A stretch of DNA of 64,000 nt from Octopus vulgaris (Eukaryota), in contig OX597818.1 of assembly GCA_951406725.2 (NCBI GenBank), positions 102,486,001 to 102,550,000 of the forward strand, read 5' to 3'. Below are positions 28,628-43,601 of the stretch, in pieces; the first letter of the stretch is position 1, and every line of letters starts with the position of its first letter. The notes under the pieces were generated by a model. That model had not been told where the DNA came from. It made no database searches and worked only from the letters and a program-made list of their open reading frames with translations. Both the position numbers and the translations under genes were made by a program.

Positions 28628-29292
28628 CCACGTGTACGCTTGTACGTGTGTGAATGTGTTTGCATTTGTTAAAATTTGCATGTGGTATGAATGTGTGCAT
28701 TGTTATATTATTGCAGGTGAAAAGTATTACGTAAGACATTTATCAATTACTTACCAACAATGCATTTATTGTTATATTTTGTCAAAAACGGATATTGGTA
28801 ATGGAATATTTTGTGCAATTACGTTTTTTTTATGTAACATGCCATGATATTCTTCTGGTTTTTAATTGCGCAAACTAATGTCTAGCGTGACAAAAGTGAG
28901 ATATTTGTTTCTTATACATTCTCATACATTTGTGCAGGCAATAAAATTCAGAAAAGTATTTCAAAACACACAAGTAGTTGCAGAATATTCTTTGCTCAGA
29001 TACGTACACATGCATGTGTCTATGCATATTATATATATATATATATGTAAAAATAAAGTGAGAGAGGGGATAGATAGAATGAGAGGGAGAGAGAGCGGAA
29101 TAGAGAGAATGTAACATGTGCACACTCACACTTATGTATATATATATATATAATATATATATTATATATATATTTATATTTATATATATATATCATATAT
29201 TATATATACATATATATATATATTATATATTATATATATATATATATATATAAAATACACATACACACACATATATGCATATATGTATGTTC

Positions 29293-29341
<49 letters not shown>

Positions 29342-30043
29342 GGTGGGTGTGTGTCTGTGTATATATATATTCGCACGCATGCAGATATGCATAAAAGGAT
29401 GCATAGACAGATACATAGAGAAATAATTATATGGATGTGTAACTAGAGGGAGAGATAGGCGCCAGTGGAGTCTGCAAAATATATTCGTATTATACCTAAC
29501 TTTATTACGAAACTTTAGACAATATTCCTTGAAATGACATATAAAGTTATGAAAAAAAAACTGGAGCTAACTAGTAATATTCACAAAGGGAAAGAAAACA
29601 GGAAAACAATACCCCTAACGGTTTTTTCGTGATATATTACTGTATTTTCTCTTCACAATGCATTTCTTGTCGGACTCATTTCTTTTAGCCACATACATAA
29701 TTATAGAATATTGTTTTCCTTTCTCTTCAAAACATTTCCTCCACTAAAATGCACTTAATGTAATCAAATACTATTTTATTTGCTTATTGAATCAAACATC
29801 ATCGTATTTCCGACATACAGTATTATATTTTTGTTCGAAATATGTGTATGTAGACAGGTTGAAATAGTAAAGCAAACTATTTCCTTCTGCTACGACTGAT
29901 GGCGACGCCTTTCCCTCGTCCCGTGCGTTCCTTTTACTTATGTCTGCTATCACGAGGTAGATACGATTTACTGATATTACGTACAAAGCACATCCGGTGC
30001 CTGAGTTTCCAGCGAATATGTGATCATATATTGCAACAATTCT

Positions 30044-30102
<59 letters not shown>

Positions 30103-30177
30103 GGTGTATAACTCCAAACTTCCAGGGAAAATACATTCAATTTAGTATTATATCAAATTTCACAATATAAATATATA

Positions 30178-30495
30178 AAATATAAATTAGAGATAAAACC
30201 ACAATTATGCAATTCAAACAATGATAGACATAAACCAAAACATAAATACCAAATAAAATATATTTTTTATAAAACATATAACTAGATCACAAAAAGTATA
30301 AAAATGAATATTCAATATATAATAAGTAATAAGTATACTTATACTTATTATTACTTACTATATATTGAATATTCCTTTTCATACGTTTTTGTGATCTAGT
30401 TATGTTTTATAAAGATATATTTTATTTATTTATGTTTTATATCTATCATTGCTTGAATTTCACAATAGTGGTTTTATCTCTACTTCATATTATAT
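30178..30495. repeat. ~155-bp-arm imperfect palindrome between TA tracts
   Basis: tagagataaaaccac / gtggttttatctcta and taactagatcacaaaaa / tttttgtgatctagtta; centre near 30340. Confidence 0.88.
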
Positions 30496-30520
30496 TATAT
30501 TATATTATATTATATTATAT

Positions 30521-30570
<50 letters not shown>

Positions 30571-30734
30571 TATGCATGTTTAGCAAACTATCTTTCATAA
30601 AATCGCCAAGTCTGCAAGGTTGCCGATGTTTAGTTTACACTGTTTTCATACCAGTTCCTTCGCACCCAACGCTCTCATCTCTTGTATTCGGCTGATTTAT
30701 TTATTTCCAATTGTTAAAATAGGTATTCATTTAT

Positions 30735-31515
30735 TTTCTCTTGCTTCAGTCATTTGTCTATAACGATGCTGGAATACATCCCTTGACAGTTTTAGTGGAA
30801 CAGATGAAACCCAGTATTAATTTATTTAGTCAGGAATTTATTTAACTGTACAAACTTACGCGGACGTAAACAAACCAGCACTGGTTTTCAAGTGATGTGG
30901 GTGCAGAAATACACTAACATACACACCACACACTCACACATATGTAAATGTAGCGGCTTCCAAAGAGTTTTCATCTACAAAATTCAATCAAATGGTATAC
31001 GTCGGTACGAAGGTATAGTATGAGACACATGCTGAAAAGGCCGAACAGCGGAACTGAACCTGGAACCACACGTTTCTAAAGAAAGCTTCTTTATCGCACA
31101 GCCATACCCACAAATGTGTTTCCCTTATATATTTAAACGTCGAAATATATTAAATGAATTTCAGCCACGTCGATTTCAATATCGTTTGTCTTTCAGCTCT
31201 TACTTCTTTCAGTCATTAGACTACAGCCATACTGGGCCACAACCTTCAAGAATTTTAGTCGAATGAATCGAGCCCAGTACGTATATTTATTTTTCGCCTT
31301 GCCTTCATTCTATCGGCTACGTCTACCGAACCGCTACTTTAAGGAGACGTAAATATAGCAAGCTTTGATGGGGGACAAACACAGACAGAAAAACACACAC
31401 ACACAAATAATCGGCGAGACAGTATTATAAAAGACAACTGCCCAAGGTGCAGGTAGTGAGAGTGAACCCGGAACCATGAAGTTGGCCCAGCCACGTTTTC
31501 GCCAACACAGACATA
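30735..31515 (-). mobile_element. Two decayed SINE family 1 copies
   Basis: cttcagtcatttg...ggacgtaaacaaaccagc...gaacctggaacc motifs occur twice. Confidence 0.65.
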
Positions 31516-31899
31516 TCTGTATAAGTCTGCGGTTACTGTCTTTCTTCTTTGAACTAATTGTTTTTAACTTGAATGTATTGCTTGAATATATACGCACGTT
31601 TAGATCGGCTTGTTTTTATGTTGTAAATATAACGCAATGAATTATGAGAGGTGTTGTCATATCGTCTGGAAATACTAGAGGTGTCCGCCCAGCAATTCAA
31701 CAGACAACGTAATTTCGATATTTCATGAATGTACAGTCTGAAGCTTTTATCGACTGATTCTTTTGTTAATACTTGGTAAGGTTTTTAAATGTATGCTTAC
31801 GACTGATATATCCTAACTGTAGTAAACCTTGTCGCGAGTTGTGAAATAATGAAAACATTATTAACGTTTGACTGAGACAATTAGAATATGTGTGTACTG

Positions 31900-31942
<43 letters not shown>

Positions 31943-33169
31943 TTGTGAGTAGAACACCGCAAGAGTTTATAGTGCTAGTAATCTACAGTTATTTATTGAA
32001 AATAAATAGCTATAGAAACTTTCAGACTTGTGATTGACTTGAGAAAACTTTTGAGGAGTCAGCCCCGACGGCAAATCGAGGAATAGGCATATTAAGGCTG
32101 GCCGTTAATTTCTTTGAAATGTTTTCTGAGGTGTTTGGGACCACCTGCTATCCACTATTTCACCTGGGTCTACTCTGACCCAGAGCTGTAGCACCTGTCA
32201 GGATCCCACCCATGGGAATATACATGTGTGCGTAGGCACGCAAAAATATCTGGGATTGTCAGCCCTTAGCTATTGTCATATCATCTGTGAAGGAGAGGGA
32301 GGCCCTAATGTAAAATCTGCAGTTTCAAGTGTCTACTGGTCAAAAAGGTTTGGCCTATCACTAGATATTATTACGGAGGCTCAGAGATTGACCTATCACT
32401 AGATGTTATCACGTAGACTCAGGGAGTGGTGCTCTAACGACATTCATGTTATCTCTCTATCGTAACCTCATTTCCAATTCCATTTACTTAAACCCTACGG
32501 CAATGGAAGAAGGGGGACATATGCAGACCTAACCACTTAGAAGCATACAGTAAGTTACAATATTCGCTTGATGCTCATGCTTCAATTTATGTAGATCTGA
32601 AACGGAATTGAATAGTAATCTAATAGATCATGAACAGGATGCCCGAAATGCCATTAATATCAAACAAGCACTGAGACAGGGCAGTCACGTGTGAAGAGGA
32701 TGCAATCACCATGTGCGCATCCCTTTTTGCCATCGTACGCTACCACTGTTGCTAACAAGCACAGGCGCATTTCAATGACTGAAATTGTAAGATATATGAT
32801 GTGTATACATGGTGGCGCATGAATATGCATGGGAGGACATCATTGTGACACCAAACCATATTAAGTGCAAACTTTGTGCGTTTTTTTTAGGGAATGCGTG
32901 GATTAATAGTAGTAAATATGAGTTAAAAAATTTGATATTCAAGAAAGTATACATAAATGCATAAAGGGTACTGAATATGCTGACCTGTGCTGCGTTGTGA
33001 GATATGATGTTGGAAACGTAGCCTAAAGTGTAATGCACTTCGTGTTTTGTATTGATTTCATCATCATTTCTGGTGAAGAACAATTCTAACAATACGAACG
33101 GACAATCATTCTTTTCAACAACATAATGCATTTGGCAGGGGAATGCTACATATTCACATGCATATATAT

Positions 33170-33240
<71 letters not shown>

Positions 33241-33270
33241 CATATATATATGTATGTATATATATATATA

Positions 33271-33306
<36 letters not shown>

Positions 33307-33515
33307 TATATACATATATACATATATGATTACATATGTATGTAAATGTGTGTATGTATGAGTCTGTATCCGTTTGGATGCGTGTGCTTGTACATGCGCG
33401 TATATATATGCATATATATATGTGTACATGTATGTAAAATATTTGCCCCTTCACTCCTTTCTGTAAATGCTTGCATGCATGTGTATATACGTTATTTTAT
33501 GAGCGGTGCGTTTGT

Positions 33516-33602
<87 letters not shown>

Positions 33603-33656
33603 GTATATATATAATATATATATATATACTTATATATGCGTGTATGTTTGTGTACG

Positions 33657-33688
<32 letters not shown>

Positions 33689-34663
33689 TATTTTATATTT
33701 GTATATATGCGCGTGTGTGTGTGTTTGTATATATAGTTATATATGGATACATTGTTGTTTCCAGTCTTTGCTCATTTTTATTATCGTTATTTTGTTGCTA
33801 TTCATTCGTCTTTGGGAACAATACAGCTATAAAGAATATAACAAGGAACCATTTTGAGAATGTATAATCAATGCTAACCGAAATTATTGAAGCAGATGTA
33901 ATATTTGCTAGGAGGTAGCGAGAAATGTAAGAAACATAATGATAGTTATGTAACAATATTATAAAATATCCACCAAAGAAATAATGATTTATAAAATATA
34001 GAAAAGGCGCAGTGAGGTAAAAATAGACAAAATAAAGAATTGTATATCATTTGAATAATACCTTATTGTTTGTAATGATTGCAACCGTTACGTAATAATA
34101 AAATTCTCCATCTCCGCTCCTTCTATTTCGGTAGGAAAATAAGTATAATAATTTAGATTTGCCTGCAGCTTTGGATTGCGTCAACTGATATATAGGTATA
34201 TTACGTTAAAGGGATAGTTTCACCACTATGTATCGTAGTATCATCTTTTGAGTGATCGAAGGTTCTGCTTTGAAATAAAATGGCATAACGATTCTGCGGA
34301 TTGTATCTGAATCAGTTTCTAGAAAATTTGGATGGCATTTTAATGACCTACCCGTCTTCTTTAGTACATTATCGATTTATTTACTCCGGGAAGGAGGGTA
34401 TACCTAATGTGAAAGATGAATATCTCACTGAAAATGGTGTTATTTTGTAAAATTCAAACTCTTCCCAGACGATGTGAAAAATCTCACATTCTACTATATT
34501 TCTACCTATGAAAAGATTCATCTCAAAGTAGCTATATATGATCATGCAAATGTAAATATACAGATTCCGCATCGAAATAATGTCAGGCCAAATCAACTAC
34601 ATTTTAAAATAACGTACCAGTGAATCTCAGTATTCTGTTGACACTAATACGTTTCCATTCTTC

Positions 34664-34792
34664 CCCGAGGTCGACTTAGCCTTTCATCCTTTCGGGGTCT
34701 ATAAATTCAGTATCAGTTTTATACTGGGGTCGATCTAATCGACTGGACCTCTCATCCAAAATTTCGAGCCTTGTGCCTAGAGTAGAAAATAA
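34664..34792 (+). mobile_element. SINE family 2 fragment
   Basis: ccgaggtcgacttagcctttcatcctttcggggtc...ctggggtcgatctaatcgact. Confidence 0.8.
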
Positions 34793-35439
34793 TGAGTTTC
34801 CCTTCTTATTTCAAAGTTATCTGTTATCAGAGACGATTTGGACTCAGAGCAGGAGATTTAAAGCAATAGATTCTTACTGTGCCTGCTTGTTTTTATATTG
34901 ATGTGTATGTAAACGTAAATATATTCTTAGATCATATATGTTCATTTGAAACAGTAGAAATCCAATTAATATTGAAAATTGCTCCATAACTTCCATTTAT
35001 GCACTGATGGTCTGTCTCAGACTATCCATAAACAGCGGGAACCAATTAAAATAGCAGAAACACATGCGAGTTGCAACTGTTAACGTGCCCAGTATGCGAT
35101 ATACTGTCACACATACAACGTGGTGAAAATATGCTTACCCCAACAAGCAGCAAAATTATAATTTTGCACTCTTTTACAGAAAAATATACTGCTTTTTACC
35201 AATGCTAATTCTGTACAGCACTAAGGACTTTATCCGTATATTTAGCCAATCCTGTACAGACATAAGGCTTTCATCTGTATATTTAGCAATTTTTTTAGCC
35301 ACTTTCATAGTATTAATTGTTTGGTAAGAAACATTTTTTTCGACTGCATTTATTTTTACTCAACTGAACTTGCTATTTATACGGCCTTCGTATTCCCATC
35401 CATCACATCCTTATCATCACGTCCCTAGTAACCACTACT

Positions 35440-35910
35440 GACTAATCTTCTCTTATTAGAATACCGCCATTTTAGAATTCAATATTCGCCCTTAAAAAGC
35501 CACCTTCAAACATTCATTTTCAACATTAATCTCTCTGCTGTTACCCAGGCAACAATAAACTTCTGACGGTGAGCTTTAGAGATCACACAAATATCACTGA
35601 ACAAAAATATGCACAATTAATTTGTAAGACAGGTACAATTCTCAATTATCTCATCCATGGCAGAAGCAAGTTACAGAACCCATTATGCGGATTATAATAA
35701 TAACAATATATTCACGAAAAATCGAAGAAAAATCGAATCAAATACTGATAAACCCAAAACTTTCATAATAAATTTACTGACATTGAAATACAAAAGCTTT
35801 ACAAGGCACGTATATTGGCGATCCCATGTTAAAAATTGGAACTCTCAATTTCTTTACACAATCTTGCTGATTAGTTTGCATCCAACATGAAACAGAACTA
35901 AAATATTCAT
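35440..35910 (+). pseudogene. Decayed Penelope-like GIY-YIG endonuclease region
   Basis: MAEASYRTHYADY...KTFIINL..KYKSFT resembles PLE GMTE.SFKTRYANH...LSKFIWNL (recalled; weak match). Confidence 0.4.
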
Positions 35911-36095
35911 GTAAAAGATACACACACACACACACATGAATACACTCACACACACATTCACATATATCTATTGACAAAATTGCAATAGCAACGAAAATTT
36001 TGGAAATTATAAAAGAATAAAAAAAAAAATTAAAATAAGTAGAAATTGAACCCGCGAGTGTGCTGGATATTAAAGCATTATTAGACACCCCAGAC

Positions 36096-36194
<99 letters not shown>

Positions 36195-36247
36195 TATATA
36201 CATATGTATATGTATATATATATGTATATATATACATGTATATATAC

Positions 36248-36283
<36 letters not shown>

Positions 36284-36499
36284 AGTCACCAACATAATAC
36301 ACGAAAACTCATTATAATTCTATCATCATTTATGTACTAAATAACCCCATTCACAAATTGCAAGATTGTTAGCCGTATTCAAATCATCAGGAAGAAAGAA
36401 TATGCTCAGCACTGACATTATAAGATACACAGTGTCTGTCACATAATAACATCTTTGATAAACACATACTTATCGGCCGAGATTTATAGGCGTAGATAC

Positions 36500-37015
36500 A
36501 TGGGCACAAGTGTATCTGTGGCGTAAGCAGATCGCTCTCCAGCATCATGGTTCCAGGTTCAGTCCCACTGCGTGACAGTTTACCCAGATGCCATGTTCTG
36601 TAGCCCGACACCGTCCAAAGCTTTGTGGGTAAATTTGGTAGACGGAAATTGAGTGAAACCCGTCGTAATTATATACATATTCATGTGTGCATGCATGTAT
36701 GTATTTATCTATGTATACACGCATATACACACACACACATGTATATATATATATATACATATACACATTTATATATATATATTTGTATTTGCATGCATGT
36801 AGTTATGACTCTATGTGCATGAGAATGTCTTTGTGTTGGTGTTCGTTTCCCATTACTCCTCGACAAACGGGCCTACTTTGTTTACATCCCTGTAACATAG
36901 CATTTCAGCAAAATAGACGGATGCATTAAGAACCAGTTTTCAAAAACATGATTTAAATACTGGTGTTTATTTCTCTGATTAAGCCCTAAAAACGTGGCGT
37001 CCCAATATGGGCGCA
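36500..37015 (+). mobile_element. Decayed SINE family 1
   Basis: catggttccaggttcagtcccactgcgtg...tttggtagacggaaa. Confidence 0.7.
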
Positions 37016-37049
37016 ATCTAATTAATGAAGTAAGCAACACACGCGTCTC

Positions 37050-37275
37050 TGCCCTCTTCAATCCACATTTTTCACTCTGCCAATTATGTGTCAAACCGGC
37101 GTCACTCGGAATGCTTCGCTCTATTTCAGAATTGACTGGGAAAATTGTGAGAAGATCGGACCAGTTGTATTGGGACGTCTGGGGTGCAAATAGCACCACA
37201 CCCTCCTTGGATGGCAGACTTTATCTGTAACGATATTTAATGCTATCACCAGACACTGGGTTTTTTGCAGGTCCT
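37050..37275 (+). pseudogene. Ty1/copia integrase fragment
   Basis: CQLC...DQLYWDVWGANSTTPSLDGRLY, then after a frameshift VTIFNAITRHWVF, similar to copia CxxC...LVHSDVWGP..SLGG.RY.VTFIDD.TR..WV. Confidence 0.55.
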
Positions 37276-37443
37276 GTTTTTTGCAGGTATTTGGGGTAGT
37301 TTCTGGTTTCAGTAGACATCTCCTCCACCCTCTCACAGATTTCGGAGGCGCTTCAGTGGACCATGTTCCTACTGCTGTTGCTGCTATGCTGCTGCTGCTG
37401 CTATGCTGCTGCTGCTATGCTGCTGATGATGATGACGATGATG

Positions 37444-37644
37444 ATCCTTTCTACTTGAGGTACAGGGCCTCAAATTTGTGGAGAGGGGATTCTCGATTAC
37501 ATCGACCTAGTACTTAATTTAGCGACACCGAAAGGATGAAAGAAAAAGTTGACCTCTGTGGAATATGAACTCAGAAAAAAGAAGGCCGAAATACCGCTAA
37601 GCATTTAGCCCGCCAAGCTAACCGTTCTGCAAGCTCGTCGCCTT
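37444..37644 (-). mobile_element. SINE family 2
   Basis: gaaataccgctaagcattt...agctcgtcgcctt. Confidence 0.8.
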
Positions 37645-37809
37645 AAGATGATGAGGATAATAATGATACGAAGGAAAGATGGTGACCGTCGACACTTACA
37701 ATTTGAATTCACAATGAAGTTTGTCACAAATGGCCTTAAACGCTTATCGGAAAATTTCCGAAGACTGATTGCTAAAACTTGTCTTAAACCACGAAATCAA
37801 GATAACCAC

Positions 37810-38170
37810 ATAAATAACAAAACAAACGGGTAAATAGCTAAGTGCATTCCAAATACAGCAACTTACAGAATTAGACGTACTGGAAACAAGAACAGAAAAG
37901 GCCAAGTGTATGAAAACCCTTGCTAACACTGCTGCCTTAGATATTCTTACTAATAAATAGCACAGAAACCTCTCAATGGCGAATACCCAAAGACTGCTAA
38001 TAATGTTGATGTTGAAAGAGACTTTACCCATAAATGGTTAGCATCTTCAGGCTTAAAATTGGAGACAGAAGAGTTTATCATAGCAGCCCATGATCAATGC
38101 CTACCTACAAGAAACTTCCAGGACAACATCTTAAAGAGCGGCAGTAGATCAATATATCGTGTATATAAAC
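37810..38170 (+). pseudogene. Dong/R4-type non-LTR retrotransposon fragment
   Basis: KWLASSGLKLETEEFIIAAHDQCLPTRNFQDNILK matches the R4/Dong motif WL...GLK.ETEG.IIAAQDQ.L.TRNY; lies beside (TAA)n, the known Dong target. Confidence 0.85.
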
Positions 38171-38347
38171 ACGCAGACGAGTATTGATGTTGAGTAAACT
38201 TTACCCCGGTGTCACTTTGATGGTATGCACTGCTCTCTCAAAAACAACAACAACAATAATAATAATAATAATATTTTTTTAATAACCACAAGGGGCTAAA
38301 CACAGAAGGGACAAACAAGGACAGACAAACGGATTAAGTCGATTATA

Positions 38348-38370
38348 TAATAATAATAATAAAGATGATG

Positions 38371-38424
<54 letters not shown>

Positions 38425-38610
38425 GTTTTAAATTTTGCCACAAGGGTAGCTAATTTGGGGGACGGGGTGGGTCGATAATAATGACCCCAATGTTCAACTG
38501 CTACTTATTTTATCGGCGGAATTTGAATTCAGGTCATGAAGACGAATAAAATGCCGCTGACCATTTTGCCCCGTGTTCTAACGACTCTGCCAGCTCACCT
38601 CCTTAAAGCC

Positions 38611-38668
<58 letters not shown>

Positions 38669-38725
38669 GGAGAAGAAGAAGAAGAAGAAGAAGAAGAAGA
38701 AGAAGAAGAAGATGAAGAAGAAGAA
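38348..38725. repeat. (TAA)n and (GAA)n microsatellites flanking a SINE family 2 copy (38425-38605, minus)
   Basis: Direct repeats plus SINE motifs. Confidence 0.85.
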
Positions 38726-40721
38726 CGATGTTTAAGATGATGATGGTGATGAGAGGTGAATGATGATGAGGGGAGTATATGGGTCATTCAACGAGTACTA
38801 ATTTAAATGCAATATCGTTACGTATGGTGTAGGAAATGCAACACGGCACAAGGCTTAGTACCACCTGTTAAGTGTTAACCGGGACCATCATGCATCCGTT
38901 TTGTCTCAAGGACACATTTTTTTCAAATTGTACCTGCAATCAAATTCCGTGCAGCAAGCATGATTGTATTCGAAAAACTTATTGCAACAATTGCCATATA
39001 TAGTGTCCAAAATCCATGGCCTCTCGTCTCTTATTCTGATTTCAACAGTAAGCATTTGCAGATATTCTGACATAAATTCTACGAGTTATTCCTTTATATA
39101 TCCGTTCCTTGATTAAGTACATGTAGCTCAGATCAGCCCTCACCAATCCCATCGTAAACTGTGATATCAGGGATTACTTATTCTAGATTTCATATTTATT
39201 TACACCGATATTTCTAGTAATGAAATCGAAATTTTTCCAAACATGGTCTATGTAATATCCTGCAACTATCTGCAAGCGCCATACACGTACTCCAACACCG
39301 TTTATCACTTTTAATTTTTTAAAAACGGTTACATACTAATACACTGTAATAGCACGTACAAATGAATACGCATATATGTAAACTATGATTCAAAGTAATA
39401 TTTATCAACGACTTAGTCTGCATAGATGGGTATTTTTTTCTGCATTTTAAAATCTAATATTGAAATAATGATAAAAGAAGATAATATAGATAACGTAGAA
39501 ACTACATTTGTTCTAGCCTAAATACAACATACATTTCCCTTTTCATTCTCGCAAATGTACAAGTATCTTATGCTTCTATATACATACACATATTCCTAGG
39601 CACTTTCAAACATTCAAAAACACATGCGTGTGTAGTTATACGCATGTATCTATATGTGTAGGAATAATAAAGAAAGTAATAACTATAAAAATATTTCCAA
39701 AATACCAAACTATTAATATGATTGCATACTTCTGTTTGCCCTTCTAATTCCATTTCTGCTGTTCTTTTATTCTTCATGTTGATTCTGTTTTCTTTTTTAA
39801 TCCCAAAGTACATGAAACAATTCATTTCACTTAATGCTAACTACTTTACAGTTAATATATTTACCTATTGACGGACATGTTTTAAGCTATTGATTTACGT
39901 GGGGTTTTTTTTGTTTTAGTTCGGAGGTTGTTGTTTTGTTTGTTTGTTTGTTTTTGATAAAATTCTATTATTTTCCAAAAGAAATTTCTCATAAAACAAC
40001 AAAATGAAAATATATCAAAACAGATATAAAGGTAAGCCATAAAAAAGAATACAGTTTCATATCAAATATATCACGCAAATTTATTGCTAATTATTATATG
40101 GCAAGGGAATAATTACATTAAAAAGAAACTTACTTTTTTTCCTTCGGTCAATTTCACTAATGGGAAATAACCAAACTACATTAGTATTACCGTTTTAATG
40201 AATATCAATTATCTCTTTCCTTTAATCTCTTTATTTTTGCTTACTCCTTCACTATATTTTAAATCCGGTTTCCCTCTATTTAAGCTTTTCGCTTCTGCAT
40301 CTCTTTCGTGATCCATACAACTTAAAACTTAAAGTAAGTAAAGAAATATCAATAAAGAAGTAAATAAAAGTAGGTCATAAGTAAAATTTCATAAAATAAA
40401 CTGAATATCAGCAATCATGACTGCACATAATTGCAAATAGAAGTAGTTATCTCGAAGTATGCAGAAGAAAAATTCACATTATATAACAACAACAGACTAG
40501 ACAGTACATCTTATAATGTTTTCTGTCACGCAATTCTGGCAAATACGTATTATGACAGTCTACAGAAAGTTTTGACTTTTAGTAGTAACACTGTAGAGCA
40601 ATTGGAAATATTTGAAATTTGACGAGATCGAGAAATTGGCATACCATACAAAGTGGGTCATGTGACAGGAAAATAAGCGAAACAACTTAAGAACCAAACT
40701 ATATTGAACTACGTCAAATTC

Positions 40722-40762
<41 letters not shown>

Positions 40763-40892
40763 TGATAACGTGCACATAAACACATGCCTTTGAAATATAT
40801 AAATACATAAAATAGCTATATGCGCATGGATGTCTATATCTATATGTATATACGCATATATTCTTATGAAGACAGTAGTTTTTAAGAGTATA

Positions 40893-41129
40893 CTCTTTTT
40901 ACTCATTTTACTTCTTTCAGTCATTTGACTGCGACCATGTTGGAGCACCACCTTTAGTCGAGCAAATCAATCCCAGGACTTATTCTTTGTATGCCTAGTA
41001 CTTATTCTATCGGTCTCTTTTGCAGAACCGCTGAGTTATGAGAACATAAACACACCAGCATCTGTTGTCCAAGGGATGTTTACGGAGGGGACAAACACAG
41101 ACACACAAAAATTAACACACAAACATACA

Positions 41130-41168
<39 letters not shown>

Positions 41169-41329
41169 GACGGGCTTCTTTCAGTTTCTGTCTGCCCAAT
41201 CTACTCACAAATCTTTGGTCAGCCCGAGGCTATACTAGAAGACACTTGCCCAAAGTGCCACGCAGTGGGACTCGACCCGGAACCTTGTGGTTCGTAAGCA
41301 AGCTACTTACCACACAGCCACTCCTACGC
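40893..41329 (-). mobile_element. Full-length SINE family 1
   Basis: Reverse-complement match to 22109-22525. Confidence 0.9.
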
Positions 41330-41355
41330 TTATATATCTATACATACATACATAC

Positions 41356-41428
<73 letters not shown>

Positions 41429-42106
41429 GTGTGTGTGTATGTATAATATTTCTTGTATGTACGGACCACAACTAGCAACACCATCCGCACGACTTCCAGT
41501 AAAACGGTGCAGTTACTTGTGTACTTGGCAGCATTACCGGCTATCATATACATTACAAATGTAGGTAAAAGATCGATCAATTCAAAACGCATTGATCTAG
41601 GTAGACATGATTTAATAGAGTGTTCTCCTAAAGAATTGTTATAATTCTGCATTCAGCTGCAGTTAGTAAACACAGTAGGGAAGGAGGTAAATAATCACAA
41701 ATGCAAAAGCGACATAAGGAATTAAAGATATAATGTGCATCTTGTGATTATAATAATTTCCCTACCTTTTCTATATCTACCTCTAACTGAAAACAACTTC
41801 CCCTCTATCTTTTGACTTTTGCATAATGTCAGCGATATGTATGTATGTATGTATGTATGTATATGTGTATGTATGTTTACATACACTCACTTATACACAT
41901 AAATAATCCAAATAAGAAAAAAAGGGAAAGAGAAAAGCACAGAATACCAGTTACAATTAACTGTGTTGGTTTTATTTTTACGCCATTGTACGCAAATGTG
42001 GTGAGGAAAGATCTCATAGCCACACAGGGAATAGCTCGAATGGTGTGGAACAAACACAAATACAAACACGCGATTTTGAAGAATGTAGTGCCTTGAAAGC
42101 TAACGG

Positions 42107-42148
<42 letters not shown>

Positions 42149-42175
42149 CATACACACACACATATATATATATAT

Positions 42176-42224
<49 letters not shown>

Positions 42225-42253
42225 TGTATATATATATATATATATATATTAAT

Positions 42254-42303
<50 letters not shown>

Positions 42304-42538
42304 AATTCATAATTAATCAATATAGGGTGGCAAAAAAATTTTGTAGAATCTTATTGCCACCAGCGGCCTAGTGGGAAAAAAATTAAATAGTCATAAACCA
42401 TTTTTAAGTTCAACATCACAATCAAGGAACGGCCATAATAGGCCATTCACCCACTAGAAATAACAGCCAAAAGCTTCAACCGCAAAATAACATCAATTCC
42501 GTAAACCAGGAGAAAATTAAAAAAACATTTACCCTGTA

Positions 42539-42645
42539 ATTTCTTATACGATGCACCGTTTCGTCTACTGTTTAATGGTAAACTAACCTGATTAAATTAA
42601 ATCAAGCCAATCTACCATAGGCCCTTAGATTCATCAGTAAGAAAT
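42539..42645 (-). ncRNA. Type I hammerhead ribozyme, element A copy 1
   Basis: Reverse complement of 43112-43218. Confidence 0.72.
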
Positions 42646-43111
42646 AGCCAAGTCGGAACAGATATTTTTCACGAGGCAAACTCGTCCCTGCCTCGGCAAT
42701 ATCTGACCTAAAATTTTCAAATCATCGCACTCGCGCCAAATTTATCGGCAGCAAATAAATATAAGCCGCCGATTCCATTACGGAACTAACCAGAAAATTC
42801 ATAATTAATCAATATAGGGTGGCAAAAAAATTTTGTAGAATCTTATTGCCACCAGCGGCCTAGTGGGAAAAAATTAAATAGTCATAAACCATTTTTAAGT
42901 TCAACATCACAATCAAGGAACGGCCATAATAGGCCATTCACCCACTAGAAATAACAGCCAAAAGCTTCAACCGCAAAATAACATCAATTCCGTAAACCAG
43001 GAGAAAATTAAAAAAATTTGGCGCGAGTGCGATGATTTGAAAATTTTAGGTCAGATATTGCCGAGGCAGGGACGAGTTTGCCTCGTGAAAAATATCTGTT
43101 CCGACTTGGCT

Positions 43112-43218
43112 ATTTCTTACTGATGAATCTAAGGGCCTATGGTAGATTGGCTTGATTTAATTTAATCAGGTTAGTTTACCATTAAACAGTAGACGAAACG
43201 GTGCATCGTATAAGAAAT
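43112..43218 (+). ncRNA. Type I hammerhead ribozyme, element A copy 2
   Basis: atttctta-CTGATGA-(68 nt, tcta/taga)-GAAA-cggtgcatcg-TA-taagaaat; 8-bp stem I, GUA triplet; A-C mismatch at the base of stem II. Confidence 0.72.
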
Positions 43219-43601
43219 TACAGGGTAAATGTTTTTTTAATTTTCTCCTGGTTTACGGAATTGATGTTATTTTGCGGTTGAAGATTTTGGCTGTTATTTC
43301 TAGTGGGTGAATGGCCTATTATGGCCGTTCCTTGATTGTGATGTTGAACTTAAAAATGGTTTATGACTATTTAATTTTTTCCCACTAGGTCGCTGGTGGC
43401 AATAAGATTCTACAAAATTTTTTGCCACCCTATATTGATTAATTATGAATTTTCTGGTTAGTTCCGTAATGGAATCGGCGGCTTATATTTATTTGCTGCC
43501 GATAAATTTGGCGCGAGTGCGATGATTTGAAAATTTTAGGTCAGATATTGCCGAGGCAGGGACGAGTTTGCCTCGTGAAAAATATCTGTTCCGACTTGGC
43601 T

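Noticed and set aside
34206-34225. ttaaagggatagtttcacc, Kolobok-like terminus
   Set aside because: No partner inverted end found
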